Of a stretch of 64,000 bases of DNA, positions 1 through 12,435 are shown in pieces. Position 1 is the first letter of the stretch. Every line of letters starts with the position of its first letter. Made by a program: the position numbers and the translations under genes. The notes under the pieces were generated by a model, which saw only the letters and a list, made by a program, of their open reading frames with translations, did no database searches and was not told the origin of the DNA. The DNA is taken from NCBI GenBank assembly GCA_964016885.1, contig OZ024745.1:66898001-66962000 (forward strand). Reading direction: 5' to 3'. This DNA comes from Eledone cirrhosa. Its lineage: Eukaryota.

Positions 1-590
1 CATACCATTTATAATGACACACAACCCATGTCACCAGAATATCTTCAACACTGCCAAAGCAAACCTACCGATCATTGCTCAAAGTAATGAATTAAAAGGC
101 TTAATCACAGATCGATCTTTAACACTTAGTAAAAGACAGCCGAAAAATTTGAAGCAATTACTAACAAAAGCAAAGTTTGACCTTAACAACAACGACCAAT
201 CATTCACTGTATCTAAATGCAATGATAGTCGATGTGGCACATGTCAATCCATACACGCCGCTCAAAATATGAAAATAAAAACTGGAAAATTATTCCCAAA
301 TGCAAATATGAACTGCAAAAGCAGAAATCTAATTTAATGCATTAAATGCCAGAATTGTGAAGAACTATATGTCGGTCAAACTGGAAATGCACTATCGGAA
401 CGTGCACGGGTACACCGACAGCAAATCAGAGACCCAAATGTCCATCAGATACCCCTAAGTAACCATCTAGCAACATGTGGTCAGGGAATATTTATAATAT
501 TCCCATTCTACACAACCCAAGTGAAATCAAGAGAAAAATCAAAGAAAAGAATTTTATTGATAAATTCAAACCCAAGCTAAATGAACAATA
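1..590 (+). mobile_element. Penelope-like element, C-terminal GIY-YIG endonuclease remnant (Neptune-like), pseudogenised
   Basis: ORF 14-337 has a Cys-rich linker (CNDSRCGTC). Reading through the stop at 335 gives NLI*CIKCQNCEELYVGQTGNALSERARVHRQQI...SNHLATC, the (L/I)IY...YVG, R, H and H motifs of the PLE GIY-YIG domain. Confidence 0.85.
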
Positions 591-961
591 ATAATGGGGT
601 ATCCCTTTGACTATGACTACGACCACTAACAACAACAACAACAACAAAAATAATAATAATAATAATAAAAGTGATGTTGATGGTGATGATTACTAGAAAA
701 TGCTATTTTCATCATTTATAAAAATAGCAAAACAATTGATGCTTTGGATAGGGTCAATTAGTAGTCGTTAGACATGCTCAACCAACCGTGACGCCTAAAC
801 CAATCAGCTTTAGTAATCCAGTGAAATATCATACCGATTGGTCGAAATACAGTTTGCAAGATTTAGCATTCTGGAGCATATTTTCACTGTATATAAGGCA
901 CAAAATTTACCCATCTCATTACAATTGAAAATTGCAAACTTGACTTTTATCACACATTATC

Positions 962-996
962 AACCTGAAGATTGCGAAAGCATGAAAGTACTTGTT
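962..996 (+). ncRNA. Minimal type I hammerhead-like motif in PLE 3' region
   Basis: aac CTGAAGA ttgc-gaaa-gcat GAAA gtac TT gtt. Both core boxes are present, stem III is palindromic (AGTACT), helix I is aac/gtt. Confidence 0.55.
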
Positions 997-1146
997 CAAT
1001 AACACTTAACATTTAATATTCTACCATACTATTTCATTCTAATACCATACATTTTAAAGGATTGTAAATAAAACGAGTAAATCAGACAAAGTTGGAATTC
1101 CTTTTATTAATATAATCTTCTATACACAATCATACACACCCGTGTA

Positions 1147-1373
<227 letters not shown>

Positions 1374-1573
1374 TCTACCTCGAGTTGCGACCGATAGATA
1401 GTATTAGAAATTGGAAAGACCAACGGAAACATTGTTTCCTCGGTCCGATTTGACGAAAGTCGATGGTTCCTAAAACTATATATAACCAAAAGTTTATATG
1501 GTTCGTTGATTATTCAACGAATTTAATTTTACAATAATTTAGAAGCACTCGACAAGATTTTATCTGGAGTATC

Positions 1574-1895
1574 TATAATATTATTCAAAATATTAATAAA
1601 TGAGAAATATTATCATAACCAAAGTATATATGTTATTATACATATTTCAAAGGTACAATGGTGTTTCAGTACATTTCCATCAGATAAAATATATAAGAGA
1701 TTGGACATGCGACATACTACTGGAATTCAAGATGATTCAAGTACCTTAGCAGTATGTCGAATATCCAATCTCTTATATATTGTATCTGATGAAAACGTAC
1801 TGAAACACCATTATACCTTTGAAATATGTATAATAAAATATATACTTTGGTTATCATAATATTTCTCATTTCTTAATATTTTGAATAATATTATA
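1574..1895. repeat. Fold-back inverted repeat (PLE pseudo-LTR derived) with HHR-like motif
   Basis: Arms ~1574-1721 and ~1748-1895 are reverse complements with scattered mismatches. The right arm has CTGATGA (1786)...GAAATAT with helix I tattgtat/gtataata. Confidence 0.9.
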
Positions 1896-2380
1896 TATAT
1901 ATGTCTGTTCGTTTGTTTGTTTGTTCACGAACTCCTCCTATGGTTTTGGTTTTGGAGATAGACATATATATTCTGAAACTAAATTGCCCAGGGTACTTGG
2001 ATAAGTTTATTCCATTTTAATCAAAGGGTTACCCGGGGGCACAAAACGCCGCTGAAATTTGTTTCCCTTCGATTTATATGAAATTTAATCCATAGATAAA
2101 TGATAAGATATGATGCCTATACACAAAAGTTTTGAATTGATATTTTGAAAAAAGTTATTTATAAGAATCAAAATAAGAATAAGATTTAAATATTGTAATT
2201 TTGATTTGATATATTACAAAAAATAATGTTTTCCAATTTTTCATTTATTACATTTTACATTGACTAATATTGAAATGTAGAGTTTTTCTCCATAAATTAT
2301 ATCAATGATTTAAAATCAATCATCATTTTCTTACCCCAAAAAGTGTGTGAAACGCAGCAAGGCACGGGTAATTCGGCTAG
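1896..2380 (+). mobile_element. Non-autonomous Helitron-like element
   Basis: Ends cgcagcaaggcacgggtaattcggCTAG|t (degenerate subterminal hairpin, then CTAG before T). Starts in a TA/gtttgttt tract. Confidence 0.55.
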
Positions 2381-2474
2381 TATATATATATATGTGTGTG
2401 TGTGGGGGTGTATGTGTGTGTGTGTGTGTGTGCGTGTGTGTGTGTGAAAGAGTAAAATAGTATATATATATATA

Positions 2475-4130
2475 TAGAGAGTGAAAAATGGAATGGGAAC
2501 AAAACAGAGAGGCAGTACGAACAAAGGTTTATTAGTTTCACGGTCTTGAGAGTGGGGTGGTGGTGGGGAACGACGTTTCGGGTATAAGTCCTTCTTCGGG
2601 CGAAAAGTGTGTGGGAAGAGAGTTCCAAGGGTGTGTAGGGGAGTGGGGTAGTAACATTTAGAAAAAAAAGGGGTCAGAGGAAACGGTGCAAATGAACATA
2701 AATATAAAAACATAATAAAAATAAAAATAAACATGAAGATAAACAAGTGGTGGAAGGATGTGGGGCGTGTAGGGGTGGTGGCGGGTGGAGTGGGGAGAGG
2801 GAGGCGGGGTGTCCGAGCGGGGAGGGCTGAAGGTGGTGTGTGTGTGTAGGTGTACGTGTGTGTGTGTGTGTATGTGAATGTGAGAGTTGGGGGAAGAACG
2901 GGGTTGCATGTTCAGGAAAAGGTATGTGTGGGGTGGGGTGGGGTGTAGGCGGTGTGTGTGTGCGTGAGTGGATGGGGAGGGGTCAGAGGGGTGGGGAGGG
3001 GGAGATGATTCCGGAGGCTGAGTGTGTAAATATGTGGTGGTACGCACGTGTGTGTGGTGTTTATACGTATTGTGGATGTAGGTGGCGTGTGGGAAAAAAA
3101 ATGTTGTGAGTGTATGTCCGTGGGAAAGTTCCTAGGTAGTTCCGTAGAGCGTCTGGTGGGGTGCCGGATAATTCCTTGTGATGGAGTTGATTCGTGGGAG
3201 GAGCGATGTCCAATGTGTGTAATCCGTGGTTGGGTTGGTCGGAAGAGGGGAGATGTGGGGTGCGCGCGAACAGGAAGTGGTCAGAGGGTCAAGGCAGGAG
3301 GAGGGTTGTGTGTCTGTGTGTGCGGAGAGGTGGTCAGAGATTCAGGGTATAGCAGCAGTGGAGGAGATGGCAGGTGAAGAAAGTCGGTGTGTCAGTGTGC
3401 GCGGAGGTGCGGTGGACAGGGGAGAGGATGGGTAGGTGTGAAAGGTGGAGTGAGGAGGGAGGTGTATTAGTAGAGGTGTTAGTGGGATGTGTGTGTGTGT
3501 GAAAAGTGGTGTGGGTGTAGCGGGGAGATGGAGGGAGAGAGAGAGGTGTGGGGGCCGGTGGAGGGAGTGTAGTGTACTGGTGTGTGTGTGCATGTTTGGA
3601 TGAGTGTGTGTTTGTGGTGAAGGTGGTGTTAGTGGGTGTTAGTATACTGGTGGTGGGGAAAGGGTTGAATGCGGGTGTGATAGTGGGGTCAGTGGTGGTA
3701 GGGTGGGTACAGTGGGTGGTGTAAGTCGGTGTGTGTGTTCCTGTGCGTGGGGTCGGGAGGTGTTAGTGTTATTAGTTCTGGGGTGGTGGGAGTGAAGGTG
3801 TGGGTGAGGGTTAGTGGTGGTAGTAGGGTTTGTGGTTAGTGTCAGTGCGTGTATATATCTACCGGTGGGTGTGTGCGTGATAAGGGGAGGGGAGAGAAGA
3901 AAGGATGTTAGTATTGTTAGTTGGGGAAGGGTGGTCGGGTTTGGGGTGGGGGTGTTAGTATTGTTAGTTGTGGGGTAGGCGGTGAAAAGGAAGAGTGTGT
4001 TAGTGGTGTTAGTGGGGGATATGTGTGTGTGTGGGGGGGGGCGGTCGAAGGTTAACGGAATAGGGGTGGGGAGTTCAGGCCGGGGGAGTGTGGGTCTGTA
4101 GGGTGAAGATGGTGCATTGTTAAACACTGA
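2475..4130 (-). mobile_element. GT-rich PLE-associated pseudo-LTR/3' region
   Basis: 2475-3110 is homologous to 47755-48460. The minus strand carries CCGAAGA-aggacttataccc-GAAACGTC (2570-2602). TA-flanked. Confidence 0.6.
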
Positions 4131-4344
4131 TGAGGGTGGCGGGTGTTATCGCGATGTCAAAGAATGGTTGCGGTTGAATGATGAGAAATAATGACTGCTC
4201 CGTGCCACGAAGTACCAGCTCAGAGTATAGTGTATGATTGTTCATAACTCCACTTAGTTTTGCTGCTTATGTGTGATGATGGGTTTAAGTACTTGGAGTA
4301 GGCCTGTATGTGTGAGTGTTGCATCCGTGCATACGTGCATATGA

Positions 4345-4410
<66 letters not shown>

Positions 4411-4478
4411 ATATTGGTGGCATAGTTCGGATCTAGCTCTCAAAACGGCCGGAGCTCAGCCGTCGGGGTCGTGATTCT

Positions 4479-4519
<41 letters not shown>

Positions 4520-4527
4520 TATATATG

Positions 4528-4593
<66 letters not shown>

Positions 4594-4595
<2 letters not shown>

Positions 4596-6113
4596 GTAAT
4601 AATAATAAATTTGAAGACTAAAATCCAAAGAGGGCTCGATAAGGATAAATATATATCAAATATATAAGAACCTATTGCAAATATTCGGGTTGACTGCCCC
4701 CTATCCGGGAAATATCTCTCTTGTAACATTGTCTACAAATGTAAGGTTGAAACACCCACGTCCCGTAGGGCCTACATAGGGTTAACCGCCAATAGATTCA
4801 AGCAGCGTCTTTACAGGCATACCCATTCTTTTCGTTACCCTCCAAGAAGGAATATGACGTCACTTTCAGCTTATATCTGGAGTCTAAAAGACAACCACAC
4901 CCAATATAATTTACACTGGGAGATCCTAGCTAGGGCTAGATCGTATGACGGTAAGAAAAGACCATGTGATCTCTGCGCCGCTGAGGCCCTGGAAATACTC
5001 TACGCCACAGACCACCTCTTAAACAAAAATTCTGAGGCAATTTCGGCTTGTAAACATAAATTGCACAAAACTTTCCTGTATTACAGCCCCACATTATACC
5101 CTAACGAATAGTACGATCTATACGTGGTTATTTTACGTCTTGATGTGGTAGCTAAGTATTTGTTATGTTTATACCATTACTTATTTGCATAGGTAAGTAT
5201 ATATTACCTGTATGTTTTGTGAATTTACGTATACTTTCTCGTGCGTATATTTGATTGTATATGTTATGGCGTATAATTTTATATATTCTGGTACATATGG
5301 TTTGGTTATGTGTATACGGGAGTTTTGCGTCTGTGTGAGTATGCAGGTTCGTACGTATGTAGGGTGTGTGTATATGTGTACTTCATGTTTTGGTTGACGT
5401 ACGTCTCCGAACATTTATGTATTTACATGTAGGTATGTGTGTGCGCTTGTTATATACGTATTTATTTATTTATATACGTTGATTTATTTATTTATTTATT
5501 TGTATACACGCACACACACACACACATATTTATATGTGCGTGCTTTTGTATACCTATGGCAATTGTTTTCGCGTATGCTTGTGTATGTACGTATTTGCAT
5601 GCGTGTATGTATTTATTTAATTCCTATTACCTCTGTATTGTATTTTTTTACTTTATTCTTAACTCTGAAGCGGAGGTTCTTTCAGTTTCCTAGTTAGAAT
5701 TTTAGTCTACGACTTCAGTTATACCATTTACGTGGTTTTGTCTTTGCGTGCAATTGTTCTCCACGCACCACATATGACGTATTATCTTCGTTTTTTTTCG
5801 TTCATTGCCAGAGAACGTCTCTATGAACCACCTAAGAGAACATTAGTCTACGACTTCTTTTATACCATAAACGTGGTTCTGTCTTTGCGTGTAATTGTTT
5901 TTCACCGCTCCTATTAATGACGTATTATATTCGTTTTGTCCCGTTCTTTGCCAGGGAATGTTTCCACGAACCAAAGTATCGTCTTCCTGTCTTCCTCCGG
6001 TTGCAACGTTTTTTGAAATATCCACTTCTGCGTTTACAGATTGACTTTGTCAGTTTCAGAAGATCCCGTTAAGGGTGAAAGCAGCGATTCTTTGCTTAAA
6101 CTTTAATCTGTTA

Positions 6114-6120
<7 letters not shown>
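4594..6120 (+). mobile_element. 5'-truncated Penelope-like element (GIY-YIG plus pseudo-LTR) with inverted tail piece
   Basis: Frame ~4690-5111 reads DCPLSGK...NIVYKCKV...AYIGLTANRFKQRLYRHTHSF...LSAYIWSLK...CDLC...LLNKNSE...CKHK. 5490-6120 is the reverse complement of 40483-41105. Both ends lie in (TA)n. Confidence 0.88.
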
Positions 6121-6192
<72 letters not shown>

Positions 6193-6462
6193 AAATGTGT
6201 GCGTGTGTGTGTGTCTGTGCATGTGGTGTGACTCGGAACACAGAGAAATACAGTGTGAGATGAGTCAGAAAAAAGATATTGAGGAAAATTGGTCACATCA
6301 TCAGATTAGTATTTAATTCATCGATCTCTAATTTATGGACCAAATAATGTTTTCTCTATTGTTTACTTATTAATATTAATTCTTCATGCAAACAATGCTA
6401 TCCAACCCTGAAGGAACGCTTTCATTTCGTCACGTTTATATATATACATAAAGAGAGATGTA

Positions 6463-6568
<106 letters not shown>

Positions 6569-6971
6569 AAGCGAGATTGAGGAGAGAGAGGGAGAGAGAG
6601 GAAACGTGAATGAGAAAGAGATTGCTGATAAAGGTGAACATAACATTTTGGCAACGACGGTTATTTGAACTCACAGTGATGGAATTTAATTTCTTGATAG
6701 AATGTCGTACTAAATACTTTATCAAAGATGAAATAATATATTAAGATACAGTTGCATTAAATCATTTATGCGTTTTGTTCACCGTTGTCTTTTTGAAATA
6801 ATGTTTTTAGATGTAATTGGTATTTTCCATTGCTCCTTCATGAGAAAAATAATAATTTCGCTCATTCGTATTTAGGAAGGAAGAATGGAATGAGAAGTTT
6901 TATTATTCTATTCGGTAAGCTATAGTAGACCAGATTCTCTAACACATCCCTTCTTTTTATTGTTAACACTG

Positions 6972-7197
6972 TTGGTTGGCGAGTGGGAAAATCATTAGAG
7001 AGACGGATTAAAATGCTTCGAAATATTTTTTTCTAGTTCTTTACATTCAGAATCCGAATCCCGCTAATGTCAACGTTGCTTTTCTCCCTTCTAATGTTGA
7101 TAGAATAGAGTTCTAATCAACTACGGAGATCGATGTAATCGACTTTCACTTTCCTCCAAAATTGCTGGCCTTGTGCCAAAATAAGAAACCATTATTA
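6972..7197 (+). mobile_element. Older, diverged tRNA-derived SINE
   Basis: Shares the tail aattgctggccttgtgccaaaa...gaaaccattatt and body with the 11273, 15485, 45872 and 56549 copies. Confidence 0.7.
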
Positions 7198-9813
7198 TAA
7201 ATATTGAAACCACAACTAGCAACTTGCAAAACAGTTATTATTGTTTCGTAGTATCACGTCACCCATCCTTGCACCGTGTTCATACAATCTTTTACACGAG
7301 TAAAATGGGGACTTTTCCGTAGTCAATCGACATATTGGGATAGCAGCAAATTTGCCTGACTGCGCAACCAACCATCTTAAAAAAGAAAAGAGCAGTTGAA
7401 AAAATATGTGCTCCGAAATACATCCTGTAATGTATAAGATAAATGAGGTTGTTATTTCTAACAGGTCAATCAACCACTTACATGCTTTCTTGCTGACTCA
7501 TATTGTAAGATCTGAACATAACAAAGATAGCATTGAGAAATTACATCTTCAAGGGATCTAATGTTATAAATAAATACTAACGTTATAAACTCATATTTCA
7601 ATGACATTGCAGGCATTTTCTCTGAATTGATTAACATTTCAAAGGTTTCCACTTGAAAGTGTCATTCTCTGAGATGCTATTGGGTTGTCGAGTAAGTATT
7701 ACAATCGTCAACAAGTTATACAGCGTTCAACAGGAAATAATCAAGAACCTAAAGACTGCTTATATGTCAGTGGATTATTTATAACGGTAGAATTTGAAGA
7801 AGTAATTTGTCAATGGTCAGATGCATATAGTAACAATCATCTACGACTTTATCATTGTTATACTGCATGATTTCCTCGTGTTCTCTTATTTAACAACATT
7901 CTAGCTTACTGCATGTTAAATGTGAATTCAGTGTCGAATATATTAGTCACTGGATAACATTAAATGATGAAGTAATAACTATCTTATATATCACAAGTCA
8001 CTCAAGGTCTCCATCATAATTATCTTCTGTGAATCATAAGAAGCATCTATACATTTCCTTGTTTAACTCCCTCTTTATAGTATCAATTTATAATGATGCG
8101 CATGTGTTATCAACGGTCAGCTGTATTCAATGCTGTCGCTCTTGTTTAAGTATAAAAGTGATTATGTATTGGCACTCCTTATAATATAATAAATATCGTC
8201 CTTAAGCCATCAATATTTAGGGTTTAAGAATACATTAACACTTGATTGGTAATGTAATTAATATGCATGTTCTTGTATGAGTGATGCTTAATATACTGCT
8301 ACACAATTTTAGAATATTGATTAGAGTTTGAAAAAAGTTCTAAACTTTACCTAACAACGAGCAAATAGTTGAATGTTTTGTCTCAATCTAAAGATTCGTA
8401 TAAAAAATATATTAATTTCCGCTGCCCGAACAGCCTAAAACAATACAACACGAATGTATTAGCAGAAAAGCCGAAAAGTATATAATTTTGAACATGCCTA
8501 TAGCATCGTCTTATGTAACAGTTCGTGACAAATTAAAATATATATCCCAAATTTGTTGAGGAGGCAAAATACCAAGCAAAATTTATTTGGAATATTGATT
8601 TATTGAAAACAGATACTCCTTTTCCAACAATAGTTTTGCAAAATACATTTGCTCCACTTTATGTTATTTCATTTCTGACAGGGTGTGTAGTAAATTGTTT
8701 CATTGTCTGTGATTACATATGAAACACGATGCATGTACTATAGAATATCTAAACTCTGTTTAAATGATAAAACACTATCTACAAAAAAAAAAAGTATCAC
8801 AAATGTTTCATATTTCAACAAACTAGGATTCATACGAGAAAATATTATTGTAGAAACCGCACACGCACACGCACTCACATACGCATACACACACAAACAT
8901 GCACATAAATACACATGCGGGCACGTTTACGCATACTTGTATTTAGATACTCATCAGTAGGTCCGCTGATAATAGAAGTGTCTAAAACGACAACTAGTAC
9001 CAAATAACCGGAGAAATCGCCCACGCGCAAATTTATCACACACATGACGAACTGTACTGGCTTGTAAATATCTACTACTGGCTATATCTTGTAGATGTAT
9101 GCAACCACAATATGTAATTGACAATTATTTTATGTCCCCTGTGATCTGACTTTAACAGATTTATAACTATATATGTCTCATTATCAAGTTACAGATAACG
9201 TGTATCAAAATTGTTCAAATGGTTGGCTCAAACATTTAAAACGAGTTGTATTGAAAATCGATTTAATGATCATTTCGATTACTACTTATCAAGTTAAATC
9301 TTATATCAAGTATTACTTCATAAATCCGACTGTATCTCGTATTGTATTTCATATCATATACGAGATAATTGTGTTATATAAAATGCAGTTTTCTATTAAT
9401 ATCTAAAAGAATATGATCGATATTGCCGTTGATCTGAATTACGAACTTAGCATTAAAACGAATGTTTACTGGGTTGGTGCAAATGCCAGTAATTTTGTCA
9501 ATTATCATAGATATTCAAAAGATATTAAAGAATCGTAGATTCCTTAAGGTATCGCTTCAGTGCTCATAAACTATAGAAGTGCTGTGATATTGTGAATATA
9601 TATTTAACTTTAAAATGCATTAGTTTCAAATTTGTAATGATGAATGTTTTGCAAGCAAACATATTTTCATGTGTATGAGAAACAATAATATATATCTAGA
9701 TATAGGCAGAATATAATGAAATGCATAACAATCTTGTTATGAAATATTGTAAGGAATTCGATTATGAATTCGGAAATAACTTGGAAAGATTAAGACATCT
9801 AATGTATTTCTTA

Positions 9814-10394
9814 CTAGCAGAGGTACCCGGCGTTGCATAAGGTATTTTGGAACGCGGGCCGCCAACATACCTAATCGTGAAAAAAGTGCATGCCTGGACA
9901 ATATGTAAAAAGCTTAAAAAACGCAGTTTTTCACCTAATCCAGAGAGAAAATGTTGAAATTGTATGTGCATATCACTCCCTGAAACATAAGTAATACACA
10001 TGTAAAGTTTGAAAAAATTCGGTTGAGTACTTCTCGAGTTTTGAGGATTCAAACTCACAGACACACACACACACACACACACAGACAGACATCCTCAGGG
10101 AAGTGACGTAATGCAGACAGGCAGACATACAGACAGATATTATAAGGGCGCGACGTTATATGTATGTATCTATCTAAAAAGAGAAAGACTAAGAATTATA
10201 GAGCGAGATCGCTAAATCGCCCAAGGCGGTCCCTAAGGCAGTGAAAATTTGAAATTTGTTTTGCTCGGAACACACCCTGAAACATAAGTATTACATGTGT
10301 AAAGTTTGAAAACAGACGGTTGGGTGGTTCTCGAGTTTTAGGGATTCAATCTCACACACACACAGACAGTCATCCTCAGGTTTATATATATTGA
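9814..10394 (-). mobile_element. Non-autonomous Helitron-like element with internal duplication
   Basis: Minus strand starts TCaatatatataaa and ends gcaacgccgggtacctctgCTAG|t. Internal direct repeat ~9975-10100 / ~10275-10380. Confidence 0.7.
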
Positions 10395-10405
10395 TGATTT
10401 ATTCT

Positions 10406-10483
<78 letters not shown>

Positions 10484-10719
10484 TTTTGTGTCGATTGAGA
10501 CGAGTCCTAGGTTTTCTTCTGAATAAATGATTATACCAAATTTCATTTCAGTATACATGTTAGTCAACAATAATATGCTAAGGAACTTTAGACATTTTAT
10601 TTCATTTTATGTTATCTTATCCTATTTCGATATGTCAACACTAATTCTCAGTTAATGTGTAATGTACAAAATACTGGCTAGACTGGTTATATTATATTAT
10701 ATTATCACTACAGCCATTA

Positions 10720-11100
10720 TTAGCCGTGGTCACTGATGCCGAGCACCACTACCCCCTGTTTAACTCGGATGTCGATGATACAGCCTTGACTGATATTGTT
10801 GTGTTGCTGGAGACAAATCCATCTACCAACACAACCGAATTCTAACGTTGACCTTTGCTGCTAAAACATCTGTAAAATACCTGGTTTCTGTACAAGTGGA
10901 CGGTCTATCTCACTACATGGCACCACTAAGAAATTCAGAATGACTGGTGGAATGTCGTTGTAGGACTGTATATGACCAGTAGCTATGGTCTTTCTATACA
11001 CTTTGAGTTGATGCTCTGTGGTTGTTTATTCTAAATTATATGCCAGCGGTGCTTTGGGAAAGCAACACCAATGATCAGTCATGGACATATCAATGGATTA
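10720..11100 (-). mobile_element. Highly degenerate RTE-like LINE 3' fragment
   Basis: Minus-strand remnants LKVYR, LYRNQ and a degenerate RWAGH-like segment occur in the order expected for the RTE C-terminus. Confidence 0.45.
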
Positions 11101-11272
11101 AAACAGCAGGAGTAATTTTCATTCTTTCTTCGTGTTCTTTTTGTTCATGTCACTGTTCAACGAATAGCTGTCGGATGAGGTAATAACTGTTATCGTCGAA
11201 ATATGTATAGCAGCAATTGTGTAACGAATAAATGAAGTAAATTCTAACCTGTTGACTTATACATCATTATTT

Positions 11273-11455
11273 TGGCAGTATCGGTAGAGAGTCGGACACC
11301 ATGCTTTGAAGCATAGAGTTACGTCCCTTTATGATCTGAGTTCAAATCCCGCCGAGGTTAACTTTTCCTTTCATCCTTACGGGGTCGATAAAATAAAGTA
11401 CCAGTAATGTACTGGTAATTGCTGGCCTTGTGCCTAAAATAGAAACAATTATTAT
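11273..11455 (+). mobile_element. tRNA-derived SINE (young subfamily)
   Basis: tggcagtatcggtagag...gagttcaaatcccgccgagg (B box)...ccttgtgcc...gaaacaattatt. Near-identical to other copies in the window. Confidence 0.85.
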
Positions 11456-12337
11456 AATTATACTGCTTCTTTATGTGCTCTATCTTATGTACACTAGTGG
11501 TGGTTGTTTCACTAACACATATTCCAAATATACACACATATGTCCATATATATATATATATACACACATATATATATGTGAGTGTGTGCGTGTGTTTGTG
11601 TGTGTATGTGTGTGTATGTATATGTGTGTGTGTACATATATTTATTTATATATATACGCCTGATTATGGTCTACCTCCTTGGTGAACAAAGGATGACAAA
11701 TAAAATAAATCAAAGCAATGTTTTAGCCAATGTATTTCAATATGATGTTTCAGGGTTATCTCCCAATATTCACATTTGAGGCCGAAACAGTTCAAAATAA
11801 AGCGAACTGCTGATGTGTTCTTCGTTAACTAGCCTACGTTGCGTGATATCGTGATATTAATCAGTCTGCCCATTCAATCAATTATTTATGTTTTGGGTTG
11901 ATGATAATAGCGCCTTTGATTCTAAAATCACCTATTTCATTTCTCTCGACTCTATGGGGACCTCAATATCTTGACTGTGGCATCTGTCATGATGTTTTTA
12001 CATAAGAAGCTTATCCGTAAGTGTAACATTTGGATGGTTCTTCCGATGTACGAGGAGCAATTTAAAAATCAAAGAGTCTATTATCATCAAACGGAAAAGC
12101 ACAGATAAATGATAGATTGGAAATGGACGAGTTAAGAATGAACATAGCTCGTTCGTTTTGTTTTGAACCCTTTCAGCTCCCCATTTTAAAAGAGGGTAGT
12201 AGCCCTGAAAAATCATGTTGAAATACACTGGGTCCTTTAGGGTGGGTTAATGCCTGGTACAACACACACCAAAACTGCGTTTCAAGGAATGCGATAAACA
12301 TTCCTTATCATAATGCAAAATTGTATTATGTATGTAT

Positions 12338-12435
12338 GTTTCCCTTTCTGATCTCATTCTCCTGTGCTCCCAACCAAGTTATAATTTTAGTTTTTTTTTT
12401 CGGGAGTACAAGGGAATGAGATCACAAAGGGAAAC
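12338..12435. repeat. 34-bp imperfect inverted repeat (hairpin/MITE-like)
   Basis: gtttccctttctgatctcattctcctgtgctccc pairs with gggagtacaagggaatgagatcacaaagggaaac across a ~30-nt loop. Confidence 0.8.

Noticed and set aside
3639-4127. 162-aa Pro/Thr-rich ORF
   Set aside because: A product of GT-rich low-complexity repeat sequence with no domain signature.
6055-6090. CAGAAGA-ccc/ggg-GAAAGC hammerhead-like motif (copy at ~40520)
   Set aside because: The position in the pseudo-LTR fits, but U4 and the NUH are missing in both copies, so it is not counted.
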